Part shown: positions 29,696-40,600 of the stretch, in pieces | Layout of the letters: the number at the start of each line of letters is the position of its first letter | How positions within the stretch are numbered: position 1 is the first letter of the stretch | Program-made: the position numbers and the translations under genes | Notes under the pieces: generated by a model | What the model was told of the DNA's origin: nothing | What the model saw: the letters and a program-made list of their open reading frames with translations, nothing else | The model's database searches: none | Assembly: GCA_963823665.1 (NCBI GenBank) | Contig: CAWGMQ010000011.1 | Location: 1,056,001 to 1,120,000 of the forward strand | Source: an uncultured Planctomycetota bacterium | Lineage (GTDB): Bacteria; Planctomycetota; Planctomycetia; Isosphaerales; Isosphaeraceae | Direction: 5' to 3' | DNA length: 64,000 nucleotides

Positions 29696-32034
29696 ATGGC
29701 CAACGCGGCTTCAGCCGGAGTGACCCGGCAAATCCAGACACTGTGGGATGCGGGCACGGTCGCCGCGCTCGACGACACCGAGCTCTTGGGTCGATTTGTT
29801 CATCACGACGCGATCGCCGAAGTGGCTTTCACCGCCCTGGTGCACAGGTACGCGCCGATGGTCCTGCGCATTTGCCGCAACGTGACGGGAGACGTTCAAG
29901 ACGCGCAGGACGCGGCGCAGGCCACGTTCTTGATCCTCGCCCAGCGCGCACGCCTGATCCGCCGGCGCGAGGCGCTGGCCAACTGGCTATTTGGTACCGC
30001 CCGCCGGATCGCCGCCCGCGCCCGCCGTGATTCCGTTAGACGGCGCCGGCTCGAGCGCAGGTATTCTGAAGCGATCGCCGCCGCCCGCCCCACGGATTCC
30101 GCCGGCCACGAGCCACCGCGGGATTGGTCCGAATTGTATGAGGAGCTGGGGCGGCTCCCGGACCGCTACCGGATCCCGATCGTGCTGTGCGATCTTGAAG
30201 GCAACACGCACGAACAAGCGGCACAGGCTCTCGGTTGTCCCGAGCGCACCCTTGAAACGAGGCTCTACCGCGGTCGCGAGCGGCTGCGCCATCGGTTGAT
30301 CCGGCGCGGCCTGGCGCCTGCTGCCGCGCTTGCGACGGGCGAGCTCACCAGCAGCGCCGCAACGATTCCCGTCTCCGGAGCATGGGTGAGCTCCACCGCA
30401 GCCGTCGCGCTCCAATTACTGCGAGGTCGACCGCTCTTCGCCGCCGCCTCGGCAAATGTTCTGGCGCTCTTCCGAAGCGCGAATCGAACCATGGTCCTTG
30501 CAAAGTTGAGTTGGGCCATACCGCTCATCATCTTCGCCGGAGCGTGCTCGGTGATGGCTTTTTCTTTCGACACGACATCTGGGACGCCGACGATTTCGGC
30601 GATTTCCCGCCAGTCTGCTTACCAGACCGGGCCAAAGGGTGCAACGCAGAGTAAAGAGACGCCCAAGCAGCCGAAGAAAACCGCGCCGGACGAAAAAGCT
30701 GGCCCACCCGAATTGAAGACACCGATCACGGTGACCGGGCGTGCCACGGACTCGACCGGCAAGTCGGTCGCCGGCGCGACGATCTACCTGGTCTCGACCA
30801 ATGGCGCCGACGCACCCCTCGGCACGGCAATCAGCGGACCCAATGGCGTGTTCGCCTTCCACGACGCTCAACTGCCGGTGCGCCGCGATCAGGATGGCAA
30901 TCCGTCGCAAGGTACGCTCCAGGTCTACGGCACCGCCCCCGGCCGCGGCTTCGCATGGCACGGCATGCGACCTTATTTTCCGCGCCCTGCCAATCAAAAC
31001 GTCGCGGGCGGCGAGGATTACGGCCTGTTCCTCGGAGAGCCGATCGTCATGGACCTGGTATTCACGGCCCCCGCGACGATGAGTGGACGAGTCGTTGATG
31101 AATCCGGACGTCCGGTGCCCGGCGCGACCATTCGTATCGACAGTTGCGATTATCTCGACACCCAGCACAGGGAGTCGCATCACAACTTCCGGGAGTTCTG
31201 GGCGATCCATAGCGCGCCCGAGGCTCTGACGGCGGCGACAACCGGCCCGGGCGGGCGGTTTGCTTTCAAAGGCCTTCCGCAAGAAGTTGGCTTCTGGATC
31301 CATTTCGAGCATCCTGACTACGCGCGACTGAGTCTTCACGCGGCAACGACGACCCGCCCCACGTCCGCGTTCGATTACCCCCTCGGAAGAATCGTCGGGC
31401 GGGAGCGGCCGCCCGTCGCGACCGGAGACCTCAATCTCACCGTGATCGCCACCCGTCGAATTGACATTCGAACCATCGTCGCAAGCACCGGCCGGCCCGC
31501 GGCCGGCATGCGCGTTTCCGCGAGCCAGGGGTTTTCGGCGAGCGGTTATGGAGGCTGGGGATTGTCCGACGCCCAAGGCAAGCTCTCCCTCCGCCTGCCG
31601 CCCGGCGCCTACAACATCATGGCTGACCCGAGCGAGAATGGCGCCGACTGCATTCGCACCATGTCGACCTTCAATGTCGCACCCGCGCCGGCGCAGCAGT
31701 CGCTCGAATTGCGCGTGAACACAGGCTGCGTCCTGGTCCTGGAGGCCTTCGATTCCCAGACGGGCGAAGGTATCCCCGGCCTCACCTTTTGGAGCGAAAT
31801 GGACGGCAACAAGGGCTCGCGCTGGCAAGTTCAGAGTCGCACCGGCTACATTGACAACCCCAGAACCGACAAGAACGGCCGGCTTCGCGCCGTCGTCCCC
31901 CCGGCGCCGGCGTTTTCGCCCTCGGATTCGTTCCTGAATCATCCGGTTACAAGGAGACGCACGAGGAGAAGCGGGCAATGCTCACCGCGGGAGAAACCGT
32001 CACGATCCGGTTCGAGCTGGAACGGGCCCACTAG
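29696..32034 (+). CDS. Membrane-anchored ECF sigma-70 factor with long C-terminal extension (ECF57-like); frameshift near 31900
   Basis: Sigma2 AFTALVHRYAPMVLRIC..DAQDAAQATFLIL..LANWLFG; sigma4 RLPDRYRIPIVLCDLEG.THEQAAQALG..RLYRGRERLR; TM; ITVTGRATD..GK.VAGA and MSGRVVDESGRPVPGA carboxypeptidase-regulatory-like repeats; rejoined end GETVTIRFELERAH*. Confidence 0.88.
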
Positions 32035-32070
32035 CCCGACGGGCCGGCTAGGGTCCGCTTTGAGCGAACG

Positions 32071-32457
32071 CTAAACCTCACTCAGCCCCCGCAGCACAAA
32101 AACAACAAGCGCACAGACAAGCGCCACCACAAGTACCAGCCAGAGTAAATGCGAGATATTGAATTGAATTCGCGGCGCCGCGATTCCCTTCTCCTGCTCC
32201 GAACGATAGTCGCTCCAGTATCCATACAAGACCAGACAAAGAAAACCCGCCGGAAAGAGCCCGGGGAACAGCACAACCATGAGCAGCGTGAAACCGCTCG
32301 GCCCAAATCCCAACTGAGCTGCGGCCACGCACCAACCGATGAGGACAAGACAGAGAGCCATAGCGACCTGATACCCGATGCCGCGGCCGCGCGCATAGCG
32401 GTGTTCCGCAACGCCGGGGGAGTCTTGCCGGCGATCGGAGTCCTCATGTTCTCCCAT
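32071..32457 (-). CDS. Hypothetical membrane protein (about 4 TM)
   Basis: SD GGAGG; hydrophobic segments; PRIQFNISHLLWLVLVVAL. Confidence 0.6.
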   Translation of the reverse strand: MGEHEDSDRRQDSPGVAEHRYARGRGIGYQVAMALCLVLIGWCVAAAQLGFGPSGFTLLMVVLFPGLFPAGFLCLVLYGYWSDYRSEQEKGIAAPRIQFNISHLLWLVLVVALVCALVVFVLRGLSEV

Positions 32458-32605
32458 CGCGGCTGCCTCCGTTTGAAACGAGCGCGATTACCGTGCCGCC
32501 GGCAAGGGCGCCGGCAATCCGCCGCGTGCCGGCGCGTGTGAGGTAAGTCGTCGCCGTGAGCAAAGAAAGGTAGACGCAAGCGGCAAGAACAAGCATCTGC
32601 GTCAT
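32444..32605 (-). pseudogene. Short membrane-protein fragment
   Basis: MTQMLVLAACVYLSLLTATTYLTRAGTRRIAGALAGG looks like the N-terminus of a longer membrane protein but ends after about 53 aa. Confidence 0.3.
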
Positions 32606-32637
32606 CACAATCGGCCTCGATCGATAGCAACTGAGGC

Positions 32638-33120
32638 TCAAGGCGCGGGTTTGGCGCGATTTGTTCCAGCCTCTCCGGAAACACCCTTTGGCCGGGGTGT
32701 TGCCACCGTCTTCGGTGTGTGCCGCGCCTCCTCGACGAGCGCTGCGAGCTTGGGAGGCGTGAGGGCCTTGAGCATGCTGTTCATTGTCGCCGTTCCGGCG
32801 GCCTTTTCGACCGCACCATCCGCGATCGAGACGTGAAACTCTTCCTCCAGCTCCATCACGACCTCGACGAGGTCGAGCTCGTCGGCTCCGAGGTCCTTGA
32901 GCGAAGTCGACGACTGAATCTCTCCCGGTTCCTTGCCGAACTGTTTCCCCAATATCACGATGATCGCCGCTTCGTCCGTGCTCAGCCCCCGATCATGGGA
33001 TCTCACGACGACCACCGACCCCGAAGGCGGCCTGGGACCGCCATCACAACCCGCAGCGGTTGATAAAATCCACAAGGCGAGAGCGCTGAATGAGGTGAAT
33101 CGAATCCAGCGATCATTCAT
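32638..33120 (-). CDS. Acyl-carrier-protein-like lipoprotein lacking the phosphopantetheine serine
   Basis: SD GAGG, signal peptide with lipobox AAG-C25; ACP pattern ILGKQFG..PGEI..STSL.DLGADELDLVEVVMELEEEFHVSI. Confidence 0.75.
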   Translation of the reverse strand: MNDRWIRFTSFSALALWILSTAAGCDGGPRPPSGSVVVVRSHDRGLSTDEAAIIVILGKQFGKEPGEIQSSTSLKDLGADELDLVEVVMELEEEFHVSIADGAVEKAAGTATMNSMLKALTPPKLAALVEEARHTPKTVATPRPKGVSGEAGTNRAKPAP

Positions 33121-33127
33121 CGTGACC

Positions 33128-34330
33128 TCACGTCGTATAATCCGCATTGAGTCTAATGTATTCCGCCGTAAGGTCACACGTCCAGAACCGCACCGACTCG
33201 GCGCCCGATTTGAGCCGCAGGCGCAGCGACACGTTGCGATCGGCCTTGATTGCTTTCGACAAGGCCTCGGCATCAAATGTGGCTGGCATCCCATCTTCAT
33301 AAACCGATACGTTGTTAATCGAGAGCGACAGGTCTTCCTCGCGGAACGAGACGCCGGCGTAGCCGGCGGCCGAGACGATGCGGCCCCAGTTCGGGTCGGC
33401 GCCGTGGATCGCTGTCTTCACGAGCGGGCTGTCGGCGACGGCCCGGGCGATTGCGCGCGCGTCATCGAATGACTCGCATCCATGGACGTCAATCGTGATG
33501 AAATGCGTGGCGCCCTCACCGTCATTGGCGATCGCGCAGGCAAGCTGCTCGCACGTAGTGCGCACCATCGCGGCGAACGCCGCCACATCGTCGCCTCGCA
33601 AGATCGGCTCGGAGGTGGCTGTGCTCGAGAGCAGAAGGACCGTGTCGTTGGTGCTAGCGTGCCCCTCGACCGAGATGCAGTTGAACGAACGATCGACCGA
33701 GGGGAGGAGGATGCCGGAGAGGTCGTTGGCCCAGACCGGGGCGTCGGTCAGGAGGAAGGCAAGCATCGTCGCCATCCGCGGACCGATCATGGCGGCCCCT
33801 TTGGCTATACCCAGCACGGTCACCTCCCGGCCCCCGATTGTTTGGCGGAGAGAGACGACCTTGGGGCGCGTGTCGGTCGTCATGATGGCGCCCGAGGCGG
33901 CCTGGAATGACTCGGGGCCGGCCCCCAGGGCGTCAATAGCTTGCTCGACCCCGGCTTCGATCCTGTCCATGGGAAGCTGGTGCCCGATGACTCCGGTCGA
34001 GGCAACCAGAACCTGCTCGCTCCGGCAGCCCAGCCGCGACGCGGCCTTCGCAGCCGTGCGCCGGGCGTTCTCGAGCCCCTCTTCGCCGGTCGCGGCATTG
34101 GCGTTGCCCGAGTTGATCACCACCGCCCGGACGTCGTCGGCCGGCAGCCGATCACGGCACCATTTCACCGGCGCTGCACAGATCCGGTTGAGCGTGAACG
34201 CGCCGGCGGCCGAAGCAAGCCCGTCCGAAGCCAGCACGGCAAGGTCGGGCGATCCCGAAGCCTTCAGACCGGCCGTCACGCCGCTGGCGCGAAAGCCGCG
34301 CGGGATGAAGAGCAATGAACCATCACTCAT
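33128..34330 (-). CDS. argJ: Bifunctional glutamate N-acetyltransferase / amino-acid acetyltransferase
   Basis: PRGFRASG, NSGNANAATG, ASTGVIG, AIMTTDT, KGAAMIGPRMATML, STNDT, DGEGAT, SPLVKTA, DPNWGRI, TCDLTAEYIRLNADYTT. Confidence 0.97.
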   Translation of the reverse strand: MSDGSLLFIPRGFRASGVTAGLKASGSPDLAVLASDGLASAAGAFTLNRICAAPVKWCRDRLPADDVRAVVINSGNANAATGEEGLENARRTAAKAASRLGCRSEQVLVASTGVIGHQLPMDRIEAGVEQAIDALGAGPESFQAASGAIMTTDTRPKVVSLRQTIGGREVTVLGIAKGAAMIGPRMATMLAFLLTDAPVWANDLSGILLPSVDRSFNCISVEGHASTNDTVLLLSSTATSEPILRGDDVAAFAAMVRTTCEQLACAIANDGEGATHFITIDVHGCESFDDARAIARAVADSPLVKTAIHGADPNWGRIVSAAGYAGVSFREEDLSLSINNVSVYEDGMPATFDAEALSKAIKADRNVSLRLRLKSGAESVRFWTCDLTAEYIRLNADYTT

Positions 34331-34622
34331 CGAAAAGAACTCCTGGGCGAGACCCGGGCGGACCAAGAATCGTCTCGGGCTGGACACCTCGCGCGGCCGC
34401 GCGGTTCAGTGGCCGCCCGGTGATCACCGGGCCGTACAGCCCCCGCTTGCTCGACGCGTACGGCGATTCGAACGCATCCGAGCGGACTCGCCAGACCAGA
34501 CTATCCAATCATCGTTCGCGCGGAAAGATCCCGCCAAACTCGGCTTCGTGAGGCGCGGAACCCCGCGCTGCGGAGTGCTCCGTTCCGGGCTCCGCATGCG
34601 GCGATCCGCCATTCCGCCGGAT

Positions 34623-37600
34623 CTATCCCAAAAGGGATTTCCGGCCCTTCGACTTGCCGGCCGTTTGTTCGAGCGCCAGGTCATAGACCAACTGCCCAAA
34701 CACATCGGTGGCATTCGCAGCCGGCGCCACCGCGACATCATCCAGACGGAATCCGCCGATCCGATCGTTGACAGGGCGATTGAGTGCACTTGAGAGCGCT
34801 TCGTCGACCGCCGCCAGGCTGCTCGCCAACGAACTCGAGGGATGCACGCTCGCAGCGGAAACATCCGATTGAGCCGTTGCCGCACGACCCGGAGAGCTCG
34901 AGCTCGATCCGTTGCCTTGCCCCTGGAACGACGTAGCGGCAAGGGCGCTCATTGTTTCGGATAGAGGCGGCGGGTCGGGATCGAAGAACAGCCCGCTCAG
35001 CACTGCATTGGGGCCGGCCGTCCGCGTGAACGTGATCAGCACGTTCCCCGATATCGTCCAGGTCAGATACTCTCCACTCGCGAAATTCGACACACTCTGC
35101 GTATTCAGCACGGCACTCGTATTGGCGTCGGAGAGCGTCACAGTCTCCGCGCGGTGCGACGCGTCGTAGTCAAGGAAATAGAGCTCGAGGTTGTAAGCCT
35201 GGCCGGAGGCCACGTTCACATCGACCGTGAAGCTCGTGGCCGAATCCCAGACAGCCGCAACACGACTCGTCCCGGACGGCGGTACCTGAAGCGCCTGCCG
35301 GGTTGACGGCGACGGCGTCGACCAAGTGTATTCCGACTCCCCCGACGGCGTGATCGTGGCATGCGCCGGATTGACCACGCTGCTGGCGACCAGGGTATAC
35401 CCATCCAATCCGTAGACGTTGATCCAGTTCCCCTGAGTCGATGTATCGGAGCCGACAAAACTCGCCGTGGCCGAACCAGGAGGCGGAGGTGGCGGAGGTG
35501 GCGGCGGCGGCGGAGGTGGCAAAGTCGTCGTGGGATCGAAGAATAGTCCGTTCAGCACCGCATTGGGGCCGGCCGTCCGCGTGAACGTGATCAGCACGTT
35601 CCCCGATATCGCCCAGGTCAGATACTCTCCGCTCGCGAAATTCGACACACTCTGCGTATTCAGCACCGCACTCGTATTGGCGTCGGACAGCGTCACTGTC
35701 TCCGCACGCCCCGAGGTGTCGTAGTCAAGCAGATAGAGCTCGAGGTTGTACTCCTGGCCCGGGGCCACGTTCACATCGACCGTGAAGCTTGTGGCCGAAT
35801 ACCAGACAGCCGCAACACGACTCGTCCCGGACGGCGGTACCTCGAGCGCCTGCTGGGTTGACGGCGACGGGGTCGACCACGTGTATTCCTGCTCGCCGGC
35901 CGGCGCGATCGTGGCATGGGCCGGATTAACCACGCTGCTGGCGACCAGGCTATACCCATCCAATCCGTAGACGTTGATCCAGTTCCCCTTCGTCGAGGTA
36001 TCGGAGCCGACAAAACTCGCCGTGGCCGAACCAGGTGGCGGAGGTGGCGGAGGTGGCGGCGGCGGCGGAGGTGGCAAAGTCGTCGTGGGATCGAAGAATA
36101 GTCCGTTCAGCACCGCATTGGGGCCGGCCGTCCGCGTGAACGTGATCAGCACGTTCCCCGATATCGCCCAGGTCAGATACTCTCCGCTCGCGAAATTCGA
36201 CACACTCTGCGTGTTCAGCACCGCACTTGTATTGGCGTCGGAGAGCGTCACAGTCTCCGCACGGCCCGACGTGTCGTAGTCAAGGAAATAGAGCTCGAGG
36301 TTGTAATCCTGGCCGGAGGCCACGTTCACATCGACCGTGAAGCTCGTGGCCGAATCCCAGACAGCCGCAACACGACTCGTCCCGGACGGCGGTACCTCGA
36401 GCGCCTGCTGGGTTGACGGCGACGGGGTCGACCACGTGTATTCCTGCTCGCCGGCCGGCGCGATCGTGGCATGGGCCGGATTAACCACGCTGCTGGCGAC
36501 CAATTGATAGCCGTCGGATCCGAAGACATTGATCCAGTTGCCCTTCGTCGAGGTATCGGAGCCGACAAAACTCGCCGTGGCCGAACCAGGTGGTGGAGGT
36601 GGCGGAGGTGGTGGTGGCGGCGGAGGTGGCAAAGTCGTCGTGGGATCGAAGAATAGTCCGTTCAGCACCGCATTGGGGCCGGCCGTCCGCGTGAACGTGA
36701 TCAGCACGTTCCCCGATATCGCCCAGGTCAGATACTCTCCGCTCGCGAAATTCGACACACTCTGCGTATTCAGCACCGCACTCGTATTGGCGTCGGACAG
36801 CGTCACCGTCTCCGCACGCCCCGAGGTGTCGTAGTCAAGCAGATAGAGCTCGAGGTTGTACTCCTGGCCCGTGGCCACGTTCACATCGACCGTGAAGCTC
36901 GTGGCCGAATACCAGACAGCCGCAACACGACTCGCCCCCGACGGCGGTACCTCGAGCGCCTGCTGGGTTGAAGGCGACGGGGTCGACCACGTGTATTCCT
37001 GCTCGCCGGCCGGCGCGATCGTGGCATGGGCCGGATTGACCACGCTGCTGCCGACCAGGGTATACCCATCCGATCCGTAGACGTTGATCCAGTTCCCCTT
37101 CGTCGAGGTGTCGCTGTTAACGAAGACCGCCGACGCACCGGTCGCCGTGATCACGCCCGTCGAGACGGAGACGAAATTGTAGGTGTAGTTGTGTCCCGAG
37201 TTTCCGTCGGTGACCGTGCCGCTGGGCGTGAGCGTGAGTCCCGTGCCCGGGCTCGAGGTGTTGTAGGTCTCGATAAAGTTCGCCGTATCACCAAGGGCGA
37301 CGCTGCCAACCGTGATCGTCGGAATTGCCGTAGCCGAGGTCGTTCCGTCCTGGACCTTGGTGTTGGTCACCGCGGTGATCGTGAGCGCCGCGCCGAGATC
37401 GTGGCGGTCGAGACTGGAATGAACGTGTAGCTGTAGTCGTTACCGGAGAAGCCGTCGCTCACCGTTCCGGCCGGAGTCAGCGTCAACCCCGTGCCCACGT
37501 TCCTGGTGCTGTAAATCTCGGTGAAGTTCGGCGTGTCAGTGCCTTGAATGACACCCGAGGTGATCTTGGGAATCGTCACCGCCCCGGTTGTCCCGTCATA

Positions 37601-40600
37601 GGTCTTGCTGTTGGCCAACGCCGTCACAACCAGCGCCCGCGACGTGATTACTCCGGTCGAGACCGTAACGTACGTGTACGAGTAATTGTTGCCGGAGTTG
37701 CCGTCACTCACCACCCCGGCGGGAGTCAGCGTCAACCCCGTCCCCACATTCTTCGTGCTGTATGTGTCAGTGAAGCTCGCCGTGTCACCAGGCATCACCG
37801 CGCCCGAAGTAATCGTGGGCAACGCCGCCGCTGACGTGGTCGCGTCATAGACCTTGCTGTTGGTCGCGGCCGTGATCGAGAGCCCGGCCTTGATGATGGT
37901 TCCGGCGGCGGTCTGGAGGACGACGTTGTAGTCGGCCCCGCTGACGCCGTCGGTGACGGTGTAACCCGACTGCACAACCAGCGTGCTGCCGAGGGTGCCC
38001 AGGACGTTCTTCGAGGCGAACGCCTGCGTCAATCCTGTCAGCGTGTCGCCGCCGTACAGCTTGTTGGCAGGCTCACCGCTGACCTGGTAGGCCGGAGTCT
38101 GCGACGAGGTGGTGAGCCCGTTATAGACCCTGCTGTCGGTCGTCGCCGTGATCGTCAGGGTCGCCGGGGTGATTGTGAAAGTGGTATAGTTACTCGCGGA
38201 AGCGTAGTTGGTCGTCCCGGCGTAGCTGGCGTAGACCGTGTAGGTTCCAGCATCCTTCGGAGCCCTGCTTCCGAGATCGGTGCCGCCGTTCCCGATACCG
38301 ACGTAATAGGTGTAAGTGAGCGGGACCCCATCCAATTCGTTCGAGGGTAAGCCGTCGTTGGGGGTGATGGTGGCGCTGGCCGCAAAGGGCGATCCGTTGT
38401 AGAAATTGCTCGCGTCGGTGACGCTCACCGTGGGCTTGATCTGGTTGATGGTGATCGATGTGCTGGTCGCGCCGCCGGTGATCAGATTGCTCCAGGGATT
38501 GCCCGACGGCAAGGCCGAAGCGACCAGATGGTACACGCCGGCGTCATTGATGCTCAAATCGGTGAAGGTGACGATGCCGCCTGACGCATCGAGCGGGTTC
38601 GTGCCCGAAAGCGTACCGAGGTATGGCCCCGCGCTCAGCGTGAGATCCACCTGCGAACCGGGCACGGTGCTGCTGTCGAAATTGATGCCGAGGTTGCCGC
38701 TAGAGTCCTCGGCCACGAGTTCTGGCTGCTGGGCGAAAGTGACGCCGAAGCTGGCCGTGGATGAGGGCTCGGGCACGAAGACCAGCTCGGTCGGCACCGC
38801 GTAGTAGGCAGACACGGTGGGATTGAAGCCAGAGCCCGTGCCGGGTGTAAAGACGCCGATCCACGGCGTGAAGCTAACATTGCCCGACACGCCCGCGCCA
38901 TCGCCGCCGGGGTTGGCCGACGTCGTCGGACCATGCAAGCTGCCCCACCAGTTCTGTGTGGCATCGATCGACCCGCTTGACTGGATGTCGTCCACACCCG
39001 TGGTGTCGCCCGTGAAGTCGTTGTCGTTGATTGTCGCCGTGCTGGTGTCGCCCGGGCCAGAGCCCACCAGGACGCCGGTCGTGTCGGTTTGAATCGTGTC
39101 GTTGGTGATCGTCGCGCTTGCGCCGTTCTCGACCAGAATGCCGGTCGTGTTGTCGATGATCGAGGCGCCGCTGATAAGCGCTGAAGTCGCGGAGCCGCTC
39201 ACCAGCACGCCGGTGCCATCGGATGCAAACGTGCCGCCCGAGATCGCGACTGTGCCTCCGAAGGCGGCGATGCCGCCGCCGTCGAGGTATGAGGTGTTGC
39301 CCGAGACAATGCTGCCCGTGATGGTCAAGCTCCCGCCCGCCTGGTAGATTCCGCCGCCCGAGGCTGCCGTGTTGCTCTCGATGCTGCCGCCGGAGACCGA
39401 GACGGTACCACCCGGATTCGAGACGGTACCACCCGAGTTATATATGCCGCCCCCGGCGCCCGTGGCGTTGTTGCTGGAAATCTCGCTGTCGATCAAGCTC
39501 AGCTTGCCGGCGTTAAAGATGCCGCCGCCGGAGGCTGCCGAATTGTCCGTGATGACGTCGCCGTCGAGCGTGAGCGAGGCACCACGCTGGACAACGATGG
39601 CGGAGTAACCCGAGAAGTTTTTGATGGTCAGGCCCGAGATGGTCACGTCGGCCGCGGTGACGTCGAAGCCGGAACCCGACAGACCGGTGCCGTCGAAGCG
39701 GGAAGCCGACAGAAGGGTGCCGTCCAGGACGGGGGTCGCACCCTGCGATGCGTCGGCCTCGATCGTCAGGTCGGGCACGGAAACGACATCGGATTCGTCG
39801 TAGCCGTTGCCGGTTTCCACCAGGATCGTGCTGCCGTCGCCGGCCACACGGATGGCGGCCTGGATCGTCGTGAAGCCGGTGGCCGGGGTTGCCCCGTTGT
39901 CAGTCCCGGATGTATTGGCCGAGTTGACGTAGATTGTGGGCTGGTATTCATAGGCGCCGAAGTCGACGACGCCGAACCCATGCTCTGGCCGGATGAGTCC
40001 GCGCTGGTCGGTGGTTGGTACGTCGACACCGGTTATGGTGCTGCTTCCCGCGCCCAAGGCGGGACTGCCCGGCAGTAGGGCGATCGTCTCGGTCGGGCCG
40101 CCGTTGCCGGCCAGTCTCGCAGCCAGCCCCGGGTTGCCGGGCCCGAACAGAATCGGATTGATCGAGCCCGTCACCGTACCGGTTCTCGTCAACGCCGACC
40201 AGGTTGTTCGAGCTGTCCGAGGCGATTCCCGTGCCCGCGATATCACCTGCGCCGGAGGCATCGGTGTCGAGCGCGACGATTGTGTTATAGAGGGTGGCCG
40301 TGCCGTCAATAATATCCAGCCCGCCGCCGGAGCTGGTTGCCGTGTTGTAGGCGATGGTGTCGTTGATCGCCGTAAGCGTTCCGGAGCCATTGGGCCCGCT
40401 CTGGACGGAGATGGCGCCGCCGGAGCTGGCCGAGTTGTCCGCGAGCGTGCTGTTGATGATCGTCATGTCGCCGCCCGGAAGAGCAATGCCGCCGCCGTCG
40501 ACCAGAGCGGAGTTGCCCGAGAGGGTGCTGCCCGTGATGGTCAAGCTCCCGCCCGCCTGGTAGATTCCGCCGCCGGACCCAAAGTGGGCTGCGTTGTTCG

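Noticed and set aside
30416..34793. Long antisense ORFs (30416-31978 minus, 33378-34793 plus)
   Set aside because: Shadows of the ECF gene and argJ, expected at high GC; no motifs.
34975..37135. CRISPR array or diversity-generating retroelement TR/VR pair
   Set aside because: Repeats are 555-bp coding units without unique spacers; no cas or reverse transcriptase gene is in the window, and differences are not confined to adenines.
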